This document shows, in pieces, positions 16,342-26,287 of a DNA stretch of 35,845 bases; positions within the stretch are counted from its first letter, which is position 1, and each line of letters opens with the position of its first letter. This stretch comes from a virus. The notes under the pieces were generated by a model. That model saw only the letters and a list, made by a program, of their open reading frames with translations. It was not told the origin of the DNA and did not search any database. The translations under genes were made by a program, and so were the position numbers. The DNA lies in the IMG/VR virus record IMGVR_UViG_3300017739_000038; one strand, 5' to 3'.

Positions 16342-17265
16342 TTAAGAGTAAAGAACAATATCACTACCGATTGCGTGTTGAATACCAGCAGTAAATCTCA
16401 TTACAACTCTTACGTTCTGGCTACCATCAATGTCAGCCATATCAATTACTTTAACTTCGTTTTGGTCGTTTAATAAACCTGTACCAAAGAATAAGTTTGA
16501 TTTTTGTGCAGCTACAGCAGTGTTAGAAGCAAGACCTGATGCTAATACTACGTTGATGCCATCATACGTTAAAGCTCCACCGTTAAACCATTGTGTACCT
16601 TTGTTGTCAGTACCAGCAGCTCCTACGTTACTTGCAAATCCACCTAAAGCTCTTACATAAGCTCTGTAGATGTTACTTGATACGTATATGAATAAATCCT
16701 CTGAGCCATATATAGCTGATGGAATTACATCTACAATTTTACCTAGCTCTGCTACTACGTTTGTTGAAGTAACTGCACCTGCACCTACGTCAACTACGTC
16801 TGCGTCTGCTAATAATGTAGTTTTGAATCCGTCAAATTCACCAGCGTTAGCGTTTGTACCGTTCCAAATGTTTTGCTCCATTTTTTGTGCTACTTTATCT
16901 GCTGCGTGAGCAATTAAAAAGTCTGCAAAAGAAGGAGGTAGATTGTCATAAGCAGAGAATCCCATTGATACTGCTTCCCAATCATTTCTGAAATCTTTCT
17001 TACATAACTGTAGGTTTACTTGAAACTCTTCAGGTTGTAAAATTCTTTCAGTTAAAGTTAATGTAGATGTAGGGTCAAAGTCACAAGTTGCGTCTTTTAC
17101 TAAATCAGTAGTAGCTACTTTCTTCATTACTTCTTTAAATTTAATATTTGGCTTGATAGTAATTAAGTTTTCAGCCAAAGTTTTCCCAGATAGTAAAGCA
17201 GCAGATACATAAGTTCCTGCAAATTCACCAGCATAGGTTGTTGTTATATTAGTTGTTGTTGCCAT
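16342..17265 (-). CDS. major capsid protein (307 aa)
   Basis: The gene lies downstream of the protease and scaffold and is followed by a terminator. Size and sequence (MATTTNITTTYAGEFAGTYVSAALLSGKTL...) are typical of HK97-fold capsid proteins of AT-rich phages. Confidence 0.6.
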   Translation of the reverse strand: MATTTNITTTYAGEFAGTYVSAALLSGKTLAENLITIKPNIKFKEVMKKVATTDLVKDATCDFDPTSTLTLTERILQPEEFQVNLQLCKKDFRNDWEAVSMGFSAYDNLPPSFADFLIAHAADKVAQKMEQNIWNGTNANAGEFDGFKTTLLADADVVDVGAGAVTSTNVVAELGKIVDVIPSAIYGSEDLFIYVSSNIYRAYVRALGGFASNVGAAGTDNKGTQWFNGGALTYDGINVVLASGLASNTAVAAQKSNLFFGTGLLNDQNEVKVIDMADIDGSQNVRVVMRFTAGIQHAIGSDIVLYS

Positions 17266-17287
17266 TTTTATTAATTATTAATTATTA

Positions 17288-17698
17288 TTATAGTTCTCCG
17301 ACTGTTATTGATGAAGCTGCATTACCGTTTCCAAATAGGAAAAAGCTTGTACCATCAGAAGAAATCTCAATGAAATCTCCAATGCTTTCTGCATCATCTT
17401 CAAATGTTACTCTATCTGTTGCATCAGACTCAACTATTGCACCGTTTACAATTACACCACCATTTAGAGTATCTCTATTATCTGCTGGAGTTTGTACTAC
17501 AGTATCAGTTGAAAAAGCTGCTGCTACGATAAACTTAACGTTAAATCCTGCAAAAGGAGCAGGTAATGTTACAGTGTAACCTGTACCACTAATTAAATAT
17601 GTACGACCTGAGTCGGCTGCTGTTAATGTTGTAGCTGCCGTTAAGGTCTCCATTTTAGGAAATATCCTAGTTACATCATTTGATATTGTTGTTGCCAT
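17288..17698 (-). CDS. hypothetical capsid-module protein (136 aa; decoration or accessory?)
   Basis: Located between the scaffold and the capsid gene. No firm motif. Confidence 0.4.
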   Translation of the reverse strand: MATTISNDVTRIFPKMETLTAATTLTAADSGRTYLISGTGYTVTLPAPFAGFNVKFIVAAAFSTDTVVQTPADNRDTLNGGVIVNGAIVESDATDRVTFEDDAESIGDFIEISSDGTSFFLFGNGNAASSITVGEL

Positions 17699-17709
17699 TT
17701 TAAATTAAT

Positions 17710-18189
17710 TTATTTATTAGTTATTCTTTGTAATACTCTTGAATAAGTAGTATTTTGATTATTGTTAGAAAATATATTTCCAACTTTAGTACCTACTTCA
17801 TTCTCAGGTGAATGAGAAATAGCTTCAGCAGGTTCATCAGCAGATAGTTCTTCTGGAACTTCAGCTTTTACTTCTTCTTTAGCTTCCATCATACCTTTTA
17901 ATTTCTCTACCATAGACTTAAGTTCTGCGACTTCGTCTTTAGTAGCGTACTCTACAGGACCTTTTTCGTATTCTTTATGGTCAGGAGTATGAGTCATCTC
18001 ATCCTCTTCTTGTAGTTCTTCAGCTTCCTGTACAGGAGCTTCTTGCTTAACTTCCTCACTAGCTTCTACAATAGTTTCAGCTTGAGGAGCTTCTTCTTTT
18101 AATTCTACGTCATTGAAGTTTTCTTCTTCCTTCTCTGTTGTAGATAAAAGAACATCTTTTATTTTAGTTACAATTTCACTTGCTTTCAT
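17710..18189 (-). CDS. putative scaffolding protein (159 aa)
   Basis: Very acidic, helix-prone sequence (EEAPQAETIVEASEEVKQEAPVQEAEELQEEDE...), located between the protease and capsid genes. Confidence 0.5.
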   Translation of the reverse strand: MKASEIVTKIKDVLLSTTEKEEENFNDVELKEEAPQAETIVEASEEVKQEAPVQEAEELQEEDEMTHTPDHKEYEKGPVEYATKDEVAELKSMVEKLKGMMEAKEEVKAEVPEELSADEPAEAISHSPENEVGTKVGNIFSNNNQNTTYSRVLQRITNK

Positions 18190-18238
18190 AAGATTCTTAT
18201 TTATAATTATTACTGATTAATTTATTTCTGTTGTATTT

Positions 18239-18418
18239 TTATACTTTTCCAATTCCTTGAGCTTCAAGGGTTCCATCACAACAATCTTTGTGATAGGTTC
18301 TACCGTCTGGGCATAAACAACCCCTGCTTGAAGATTTAGGGCTTGATTTACTAACAGTAGCATTTTTTCTTCTTTTTCTATTTGGTTTTTTATCTCTACT
18401 TGGGTAATATCCTGGCAT
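18239..18418 (-). CDS. small basic, Cys-containing protein (59 aa)
   Basis: Hand translation: MPGYYPSRDKKPNRKRRKNATVSKSSPKSSSRGCLCPDGRTYHKDCCDGTLEAQGIGKV. ATG start, one codon below the track cutoff. Confidence 0.5.
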   Translation of the reverse strand: MPGYYPSRDKKPNRKRRKNATVSKSSPKSSSRGCLCPDGRTYHKDCCDGTLEAQGIGKV

Positions 18419-18432
18419 AATTATATATTTAG

Positions 18433-19947
18433 TTATTTACTTGATTTTGGATGTTTAGATGGTAAAATGTCATTGTCAGTAGTGTACTTTGCATTTTGTG
18501 GTCTTCCATTCTTCACTAAATACAAAAACGCATTGACTCGTGCAAATGCCCATTGTGAAGGACTATTTACTCTAGGAGAGCTACTCCTGTTAAATGCACC
18601 AAGACCTCTTTGGAAGACCGAAGCTAACATACCAACTGTAACACCATAACCTAATTTTTGTTTATATCTTTTGTTAAAGTCATCAGCTTTGTTCTGTAAT
18701 GTTTTTCTATCTTTCGCAGAAACCTTTGCTCCTGTTTTACCTTTTGCTGTACCCCTAGCTGTACCCTTACCTTTTGGGTTTCTATTAGGCGTATCTGATT
18801 TAGGTGCTTTTGGTGATTTTCTTATACCACCTTTTGGTCCAACCTCTGCAAGTGCGTGTTGCTTACAAGGCATATACCAAGTCTGATTTTCAAACTCGTG
18901 TTCGTGTATTCCTTCACATCCAATGTCACCTGCTATTTTTTCTGCTTGTTCTTTTGAAGCATAAGCAAGTCTATCCATTATAATTGCAAAGTCATCATTT
19001 ACTTTTTCAGAATATAAATCTACAGATAGTTCATCTAATCCTTTAAGTTTTGATTCTGTCCAGTTAAACATAGACTTACCACCCCATAATAAATATGATA
19101 TAGTTCCACAAGCTTCATTGTCTCCTGCCTTGTAATAAGTTTCTGCTCTAGATAAATAAGAGTATATGCGTTTAAGAGTAGGCAAAGTAAATTTTTCTCC
19201 TCTTTCTAATTGTCTTGCTCTAGTTTTACCAACAGCAGTAGCACATTTATTATTGACTTCTTTATTGTATTTTATACCTCTTACAGCATTATTTCTTGCA
19301 GCTTCTGGATAACCACCATAAGATTCTAATTCTACTTCTTCTGTTAATGAAGCTAAAACTTCTTTTAATTCATATTCTGCATTTAATTCATTTATCTTTT
19401 CTTCTATGCTTTCTTTAGGTCTTTCAAGTCCATCAGCAAAGTATCCTTCTATAGAAAATCCCTTAACCTCACCATCTTTTACAGCTTTCCATACTTTATC
19501 ATTTAATACTTTCATAGATACCATCCAAGTACCTTTTGGTAAATCAAATCCATAAGCAGCAGCTTTATCTTTTTTTGGGTCTTCTATAAGCCAAGATTCT
19601 ACAACAGACATATCTTTTAAATCAATAGAATGTTCAAATGTAGAGTTCTGATGTTTGTTTTTTATAAAGAATAGCTCTGATGCTTTTCTAACTGTATCTT
19701 CCGAGAAATATATATAATAATTATTTTCATCATCATCAGCACCTTTTCTAAATATCTTTTTATTAGGAATTAGTGCAGGTCCCATTAGTATTCTTTTCTC
19801 TGCATCAACTTCTGCAAGTCTTACTTCATTGTGTTCTTTAAGTGCTATAAAATCTTCTTCTATAGCTGGATTTTCAACTATTGATATTGCTTGAATACCA
19901 CTAATCTCATTTTCTTCATCTATAATTAATTCTATGATTTTTTCCAT
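18433..19947 (-). CDS. multidomain head-maturation protein: XkdF-like (Peptidase_S78_2-type) N-domain plus three further conserved phage modules (504 aa)
   Basis: The N-domain is GIQAISIVENPAIEEDF...GPALIPNK...VESWLIED...GTWMVSMKV..VKGFSIEGYF. Middle segments are YPEAARNNAVRGIKYN...GKTRARQL...LWGG and GCEGIHEHEFENQTWYMPCKQH. The C-terminal segment is GVTVGMLASVFQRGLGAFNRSSSPRV.SPSQWAFARVNAFL. Confidence 0.6.
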   Translation of the reverse strand: MEKIIELIIDEENEISGIQAISIVENPAIEEDFIALKEHNEVRLAEVDAEKRILMGPALIPNKKIFRKGADDDENNYYIYFSEDTVRKASELFFIKNKHQNSTFEHSIDLKDMSVVESWLIEDPKKDKAAAYGFDLPKGTWMVSMKVLNDKVWKAVKDGEVKGFSIEGYFADGLERPKESIEEKINELNAEYELKEVLASLTEEVELESYGGYPEAARNNAVRGIKYNKEVNNKCATAVGKTRARQLERGEKFTLPTLKRIYSYLSRAETYYKAGDNEACGTISYLLWGGKSMFNWTESKLKGLDELSVDLYSEKVNDDFAIIMDRLAYASKEQAEKIAGDIGCEGIHEHEFENQTWYMPCKQHALAEVGPKGGIRKSPKAPKSDTPNRNPKGKGTARGTAKGKTGAKVSAKDRKTLQNKADDFNKRYKQKLGYGVTVGMLASVFQRGLGAFNRSSSPRVNSPSQWAFARVNAFLYLVKNGRPQNAKYTTDNDILPSKHPKSSK

Positions 19948-19981
19948 ATCTAAATAACCTTATTGAGTTTATTTTGTTTTA

Positions 19982-22093
19982 TTATCCTAATGATGCTCCT
20001 TCTATTGTACTGCGTTCAAGCTCTTGTGCAGTTGTAACGTCTGACGCCACAACAAAAGCTTTCACTGGTTTGTCATCAGCACCAGCAATAGTTTGAGCAA
20101 GTTGACTTGTTTGTGTTGCACCTACTACGTTGAAGGCTGGAGCTGCCACAGGACTTGACTCTCCTCCAACCCCAATATTTGATGATGGAACTAAATTTGC
20201 TATAGCATTTTTTGCAGCTCTTCTTGCTTTTACTATTGCAGCTATCATTCCAACTATAGATGCACCATAAGCTATTGGACCAGCTATAGCTCCTAAATCT
20301 TTTATAAATCTTGGCAATGTTCCAATACTAGAAGATGTGTCTTTTGCAGCTTCAACTCCAATATCTACTTGAGCTTTTTGTGCAGACATAGTTAATAATT
20401 GTGCGTCTAACAAGGCTCTCTGTTTAAACATTTTTAAATCAAATAGAGCTTTAGCTATACCTAAAGTTTGTTGTAAAGTAAACATATCTCTTTCTGCTTT
20501 GATTTTTCTTTTCTCAGCAGCTATTTCTCTTGACTCTATTTCTTTTAATCTTCTATCTTTTTCTTGTTGTGTTAAAGAGTCGTTTTGCAACACTAAGTCT
20601 TTTTCTCTGTTTATTCTGTCTATGTTTGCTTGATGAAATTCTTGTTGTATATCATTTATGGAAGTTAAAACTGTTGTCATTGAAGAAAATAATTGACCCA
20701 TTGTTTGCTTCATTGTATTTAATTCTTTTATTTGATTTCTTAAATTAAAAAGAATTGTGTCTTGCATTTTTTTAGTAGCATCTTCATTGCTTTTCTGTAA
20801 ATTATCTACTAATCTTTCATAAGTGTCATAAGCATCTTCCATTACATCTGAAACCCTATCTTTTTCTTCTTCAGCTAATTCATCAAATAAGGCATTAACT
20901 TCTAATTGAAATTGTTTTAATATTAACATTCTTGCTTTTGCTTTTTCTTCTTCAGTTCCTTTTGCAAGTTGTATTTCTTTTAAAGCTCTATCTCTTGCAA
21001 CTTCTAACAATTCTTTATCGCTTTGAGCAGTTAGTTTGTTTATAGCGTCTGTTGTTTTCTTTATTATTTTCGCAACATCACTTTCTTTCTTAGTATCTTC
21101 ACCTGTTATTAAAGTTAAATACGGACTATTCATTATAATTTCATCACCTTCTTCTCCTATGTCTTCTACAACAGAATTTGCAATACTTAATTGTGTTTGT
21201 AAAACTGATATTCTATTTTCTAATTGTTGTCTTAATGTTGCAACTGGGTTTCTTCTACCAACAAGGCTAAGGTCTCCTTGAAATATTCCTTTTACCATTG
21301 CTCCACCAGCTTGAAGTGTTCTACCTATTCCTGTTTTTTCATCAAGTTTTTTTAATTCTTCTTCTGCTGTTAATAATTGAAGTGTAATATTTTCTATATT
21401 TTCTTTTGATTGTTTAGCTTCTTCTCTGTCAATTCCTAATAATCTTTCTTTAACTTTAATAAACTCTTCAACTTTACCAATAGTAGGGTCATACCCTTCT
21501 TTTATCAGTGTTTGTAATGCAATTTGATAAGATAAACTATCTTCAGAAAGCCTAGATATTGTGTTTGCTGCTTGTCTTAAATTTGTAATTAAAGTAGAGT
21601 CTTTAGCGAATTGTTTTGCAAAATCATCAAGTGTTCCTCCAAGCTCTCTTGCTTTTAAATCTGCTTTTTCTATTTGTTGTATAATAATTTGAAATACAAG
21701 TATAATACCTAAAGGACCCATTATCTGTTTACCAAGCATTTGAAAAGCTCTACCAACTCTTCTTATACCTGTAACGTTATCATCAACTTTAGAAACAAGA
21801 GTAATAAATAAAGTAGATAATTGAGAAAGGTTGTTAGCCATACCTCTTATACCATAGTTAGAATCTGAAATAGTACGACCAAGCTCTGTTAATGTTGCAC
21901 CAGCAAGACCAGCATTACCAACCATACCTTCTCTGCCAGATAGAGTATTGTTAAACTCTTTGTTTGATGCAGTGGCTCTTTGTAGTTCTGTGTTAAACTT
22001 TTTAACAGACTTTTCTACGCCATTTATTTTACGAATAGCACCTTTTTCTGTAAACTCTATAGAAAATATTAATTTATTAATTTTCTCTGCCAT
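19982..22093 (-). CDS. tail tape measure protein (703 aa)
   Basis: Long coiled-coil-prone sequence. There is a Gly/Ala-rich hydrophobic block near the N-terminus (MVGNAGLAGATLTELG) and another near the C-terminus (GAIAGPIAYGASIVGMIAAIVKARRAAK). Confidence 0.65.
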   Translation of the reverse strand: MAEKINKLIFSIEFTEKGAIRKINGVEKSVKKFNTELQRATASNKEFNNTLSGREGMVGNAGLAGATLTELGRTISDSNYGIRGMANNLSQLSTLFITLVSKVDDNVTGIRRVGRAFQMLGKQIMGPLGIILVFQIIIQQIEKADLKARELGGTLDDFAKQFAKDSTLITNLRQAANTISRLSEDSLSYQIALQTLIKEGYDPTIGKVEEFIKVKERLLGIDREEAKQSKENIENITLQLLTAEEELKKLDEKTGIGRTLQAGGAMVKGIFQGDLSLVGRRNPVATLRQQLENRISVLQTQLSIANSVVEDIGEEGDEIIMNSPYLTLITGEDTKKESDVAKIIKKTTDAINKLTAQSDKELLEVARDRALKEIQLAKGTEEEKAKARMLILKQFQLEVNALFDELAEEEKDRVSDVMEDAYDTYERLVDNLQKSNEDATKKMQDTILFNLRNQIKELNTMKQTMGQLFSSMTTVLTSINDIQQEFHQANIDRINREKDLVLQNDSLTQQEKDRRLKEIESREIAAEKRKIKAERDMFTLQQTLGIAKALFDLKMFKQRALLDAQLLTMSAQKAQVDIGVEAAKDTSSSIGTLPRFIKDLGAIAGPIAYGASIVGMIAAIVKARRAAKNAIANLVPSSNIGVGGESSPVAAPAFNVVGATQTSQLAQTIAGADDKPVKAFVVASDVTTAQELERSTIEGASLG

Positions 22094-22229
22094 ATATATT
22101 GCGTTTAATAGTTTCTTTCATTTCTTTCCATGTAGTAGGAGATTTGTACTTACCTTTTGCTACATCTATATAATAACTAACTCCGTAAAAATTATCTGTC
22201 TTTAGTGTTTCTATTAATAGTTTTATCAT
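22077..22229 (-). CDS. small hypothetical protein (50 aa)
   Basis: Hand translation: MIKLLIETLKTDNFYGVSYYIDVAKGKYKSPTTWKEMKETIKRNIYGREN. TAATG junction with the 981-aa gene and a 17-nt overlap with the TMP start. Confidence 0.45.
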   Translation of the reverse strand: MIKLLIETLKTDNFYGVSYYIDVAKGKYKSPTTWKEMKETIKRNIYGREN

Positions 22230-25174
22230 TATTCGTCTGTTTGGTCTGATGTTACAATTCCACTATCTGCATATATATCTGTTGCATCTACTGTTAGAGT
22301 TCCTGTTACTGGAGGTGTTACTGGTGAATCAGTTGTTAAACAATCTGCATTATATATTAAATTATTTTCTCCACCCATATAACCGTGATTATAACATTCG
22401 TAACTTATAGTGCCAAAATCACCACCTACAGTTATAGTTACCGTACCATAATAATATGTATAAGTGTTTCCATCTAATCCTGATTTAGAACCACCTGAAT
22501 TTGTTCCTGTATATGATAATTTATCTTCTTTACCAAAGTTATGAAAAGCAATAGGATGAGCAGAAGGCACATCATTCATAACATAAGTGCTTTGTCCCAT
22601 TTGATAAGCACCATATTTGTTGTCAAATATATATATGTTACCAGCAGAAGTTACTTCTACTTTTAAATTAAATGTATTGTTGAGACAAGAAAAAGATGTA
22701 ACGTTATAATATCTTTGTAATTCTAAATTAGATTTACCGTTTTGTAAATTAACATCTATTTTATTTATACTGTAAGTTTTATCTGATATTCTTATTTTAT
22801 CTGCCAAAGAATATTTTGATATAAAAGCATTAGTAAGATTTGCTTTTACCTTAACAATTCTTGATTTAACATCAAACAAATGTCTAATGTAATTTAAATA
22901 ATATAGATTAAATAAATTATTAACGTTACTTGATGTGCCGTCAACAGCTCCTCTATACTCATCTATTTCTTCTCCAAAATGATTTGATTGAGAAGTATCT
23001 ATACTTATTGAGTTTAGTGGTATATAATATGTAGTTATGTTACCGTAATAAACAGTCACATTACTTGAGTTTGTATATGTATATGGTATAGCTTCACCTG
23101 ATGTTTCTCTATGAGGATAAAACAACAAGGGTTTACTAAAATGTGGATTATATTTTTCTGCTTGAAAAGATTTGTCACTTGCTGTAGTATTTCTATTTGG
23201 ACTGCTTCTTTTTATACTATAACCTACTTGTATTTTTGTAGCTGCTCCAGCAGCATCAAACAATCTTTCAAATTTCATATGTGCAAAAGGTGGTATGACT
23301 TCATATTTCTTTTCACCTCTTGACTCATTGTATGACCAACTTTCACCTCCCCACTCTATACCATTTGCACTTTTATGTTGCTCTGCAAGTATAGCTTCAG
23401 TATCTTCATATTTAAATTCTATTTTAGAATAAGGCAACATTCTATGAACAGAACTTTGTGATATATCAATTTTGTTTGTTATATCTAATTCTGATTTAGA
23501 TGATGCGTAATAAGAATCATAAGTCATAACTCTTATTCTTTTCATATTAGATTGTGTAGTCGTATATGATGAATTTTCTGTGCCTTCTATAAAACAGACT
23601 AAATTAAACATTTTAAATAATCCAGATAAAAAGTCTGTTATTGACATATCAGGCATATTAAACCTCATATCAAATTGACTTTTGTTTACATTTAAAGCAC
23701 CACCACCTATAATTACATCACTAAAATCTTCACTGTCTCTATCTCCTCTAATTACAAACTTTGCTTCAAATCCAGTCATTGATATTCCTGTAGGTGAAAA
23801 TATAGTAAATTGATAATCACCGTCTTGTTCTACGTTAAAATCAAACTGTTTAGAAACTCCAGCAGAAGGTTGAAATGTTTTTACTATTTCTCCATTTCTT
23901 ATTATTTTTAAACCATATTTGTTAGTGCTATCAGAAGTAGTAGTTGTTAATCTTAATTCTACGTTGTCTATATTAGCTGCTGATACATTTCTAATTATAA
24001 TTGTATCTGCTGATTGTGTGCCTGTCAAACCTGAAGAATTTACAGAATTTATATATAGTATATCATTAGGATTAGTAGCACCTGAATATAAGGATGTGCT
24101 AGAACTTACTATGTTGAATGTGTTAATTGTTAATTCTTTTTCTCCTTGACTAAATTGTGTATTATCTTTTTTGTCTTTATTCAGCCACATATATAAATCA
24201 TAATAATTTTTATTTGTCGCATTTAAGAAATCATTAGAAAATTCTATGTTTGTTAAGTTTGGGTCACTATTTATCTTTTGTTCTATTGCTCTAAGAATTA
24301 AATGTACTCTAATAGCTGGTTTGAGATATTCATACTTTAAACCGTTAGTATTGCTTCCATAATCACTTGCATTATAATATAAATTACCGTCAGATAGTGG
24401 ACCATAAAAATTAGTGTTATTAGAATAATATAATCTTTCTGATGTAGAAATTAGTGGAACAACTATTGGTTGTTCATAAAATAACTTTGTAGTTATTGCA
24501 TTACCAGCAGCAGGTGCTGTGTTAAATATTATATCTCCTGATGTATAAGAATACGAAAAGTTAGATGTAGATACTTCACTTCCTGCATTAAATAATTTAA
24601 AATCTGTATTTAGTTGTGGATATGGACTATATAATATTCTAAATCTTTTCGTAATCCCATCCCCTGTTCCTATGGTAAAAACATCTGAATCTGTATAGTC
24701 TTTTTGTGTAGTTAAGTAATGATAAAAAGATTCACCACCTCCATCAAAATATGTATCATCAATGTTAAATCTCTGTAAGTAATTTAAATCTGTTAGCTTT
24801 AGATTATTAAACAATTCTTTAAGTAATCTAAGACCACCGTAAAAAGTAATTTTATACGTATTAGGTTTATTATATTTAAGAGTAACACTATCTAAAGTTA
24901 TGTATCCATCTTTATATGGTCTATCATTTATTTCTATTCTTGCTGATTTACTTTCTCTTGCGTCAAAACCTCCATCAATAATGTCGTAATTGTAATAATG
25001 TTTAAATACTTTATTGTTTCTTGCAGTAGCAGGTAATGAAAAGTTTCTACTAAAATCAGTAAACAATTTATCAGGAGACCTAAAATCTTTTATAGAACTT
25101 ACTATGTTTATTGAACCATCCTGAAAAACATCAACCTGTTCATTTTCTATATAGAGTTGTATCTTTTGATTCAT
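22229..25174 (-). CDS. large tail / baseplate structural protein with a cupredoxin-like C-terminal module (981 aa)
   Basis: The N-terminus MNQKIQLYIENEQVDVFQDGSINIVSSIKDFRSPDKLFTDFSRNFSLPATARNNKVF is typical of distal-tail or fibre proteins. The C-terminal H...C..H..M pattern is described in findings. Confidence 0.55.
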   Translation of the reverse strand: MNQKIQLYIENEQVDVFQDGSINIVSSIKDFRSPDKLFTDFSRNFSLPATARNNKVFKHYYNYDIIDGGFDARESKSARIEINDRPYKDGYITLDSVTLKYNKPNTYKITFYGGLRLLKELFNNLKLTDLNYLQRFNIDDTYFDGGGESFYHYLTTQKDYTDSDVFTIGTGDGITKRFRILYSPYPQLNTDFKLFNAGSEVSTSNFSYSYTSGDIIFNTAPAAGNAITTKLFYEQPIVVPLISTSERLYYSNNTNFYGPLSDGNLYYNASDYGSNTNGLKYEYLKPAIRVHLILRAIEQKINSDPNLTNIEFSNDFLNATNKNYYDLYMWLNKDKKDNTQFSQGEKELTINTFNIVSSSTSLYSGATNPNDILYINSVNSSGLTGTQSADTIIIRNVSAANIDNVELRLTTTTSDSTNKYGLKIIRNGEIVKTFQPSAGVSKQFDFNVEQDGDYQFTIFSPTGISMTGFEAKFVIRGDRDSEDFSDVIIGGGALNVNKSQFDMRFNMPDMSITDFLSGLFKMFNLVCFIEGTENSSYTTTQSNMKRIRVMTYDSYYASSKSELDITNKIDISQSSVHRMLPYSKIEFKYEDTEAILAEQHKSANGIEWGGESWSYNESRGEKKYEVIPPFAHMKFERLFDAAGAATKIQVGYSIKRSSPNRNTTASDKSFQAEKYNPHFSKPLLFYPHRETSGEAIPYTYTNSSNVTVYYGNITTYYIPLNSISIDTSQSNHFGEEIDEYRGAVDGTSSNVNNLFNLYYLNYIRHLFDVKSRIVKVKANLTNAFISKYSLADKIRISDKTYSINKIDVNLQNGKSNLELQRYYNVTSFSCLNNTFNLKVEVTSAGNIYIFDNKYGAYQMGQSTYVMNDVPSAHPIAFHNFGKEDKLSYTGTNSGGSKSGLDGNTYTYYYGTVTITVGGDFGTISYECYNHGYMGGENNLIYNADCLTTDSPVTPPVTGTLTVDATDIYADSGIVTSDQTDE

Positions 25175-26247
25175 TATCTAATATTGTTGATTCCATCAAA
25201 TGCAAATTCAAATTGAACAGTGTAGTTTACTAATTTATCGTTAAGACTTGTTTTATATGTAAAGCTTGAATCTTTTACAATTACAGGCAATGTTTTGTTG
25301 TTATCTCTAATCCAAATGTTTTCTGATTGAAATAGCTCTCTTATAGTTTCGTTATATTCATCTCTTAAAAACCCTGTATTTAAAGTTAATGTTTTTGTTG
25401 TAAGTACATCTTGAACTACATTAGAAGGTGTGTATGTATTATAAGTAGCTGAACTTGTTGTTGATGTAAGTGTGCTTGTTACATAATTATCTTTTTTTAC
25501 ATTTAAAGCATCTGTTCTTTTTTTGTTAAAGTATATGTCTTGTATTGCACCAAATTTATTTATAAAAGATACTTTGTAATTTGTGTATTTAGTGTTACAA
25601 ACAAAGCTTGGGTATATTGTTTCTTTTGCAGTTGACGTTACAGAAGAATAACCAGTAGCAGAAGTGTTACTAGAAATTATTTCTATTTTACTTGCTTGTA
25701 TTGCTGACTCTACATACTTTATGTAATCTGTTGAGTTTTCTGTAGTAGGAACTTGGTTGTATGGTGTAAATGATTGACTTCCTGCTACACCTTCAACACC
25801 TGTTGCGTCTATTGTGTAATAAATTACATTAGTAACACCGTTTGGTCCAATATATATAGGTATATAATATTTTATGTTTTTTGGTATATATAAGTATTCG
25901 TTTAATATAAGTTTTGATGAACTCAATGAATTATTGTAACCGTCTTCAAAATAAGTATAACCTTTAGTTGCTAAGCCATAAGCTGTCGTTGAAGAAGGTG
26001 TATCTAAATCACTATATGTATTTGTTTTTACATAATACCACCAACAAGTTGTAGATATAGCACTGTAATCATTATCAAAAGTTACATCAATAAAATCTTG
26101 CACTAATTCTGATATTTCAAATCTAACAGTGTTATTAGAGTCAGGATTAGATTTTGTAATTGTATATTGAGCTTGTGTAGGTCTGTTTGTATTAAACTGA
26201 CCAGTCCAACAATATAGGTTTAGTGTAGAACTTGATAGTGTTGCCAT
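25174..26247 (-). CDS. virion structural protein (357 aa)
   Basis: TAATG-coupled between two giant structural genes. The conserved-looking C-terminal part is LNTGFLRDEYNETIRELFQSENIWI...PVIV...YKTSLNDKLVNYTVQFEFAFDGINNIR. Confidence 0.5.
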   Translation of the reverse strand: MATLSSSTLNLYCWTGQFNTNRPTQAQYTITKSNPDSNNTVRFEISELVQDFIDVTFDNDYSAISTTCWWYYVKTNTYSDLDTPSSTTAYGLATKGYTYFEDGYNNSLSSSKLILNEYLYIPKNIKYYIPIYIGPNGVTNVIYYTIDATGVEGVAGSQSFTPYNQVPTTENSTDYIKYVESAIQASKIEIISSNTSATGYSSVTSTAKETIYPSFVCNTKYTNYKVSFINKFGAIQDIYFNKKRTDALNVKKDNYVTSTLTSTTSSATYNTYTPSNVVQDVLTTKTLTLNTGFLRDEYNETIRELFQSENIWIRDNNKTLPVIVKDSSFTYKTSLNDKLVNYTVQFEFAFDGINNIR

Positions 26248-26287
26248 TTATGTCTTTTTCTATATAACTTAATTAATAAAATTAGTA

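Noticed and set aside
20006-20020. tgtactgcgttcaag, a 12/15 match to the motif inside the TMP gene 3' end
   Set aside because: It is in coding sequence, has three mismatches including the core TTT, and is isolated.
22095-22111. Motif-like tatattgcgtttaatag overlapping the TMP start, and cccactgcgtttaatgg at 35561-35577 in terL
   Set aside because: Both lie in coding sequence and encode the same TIKR tetrapeptide. They may reflect codon coincidence. They are not counted among the nine strong copies, and the terL copy is mentioned only as context.
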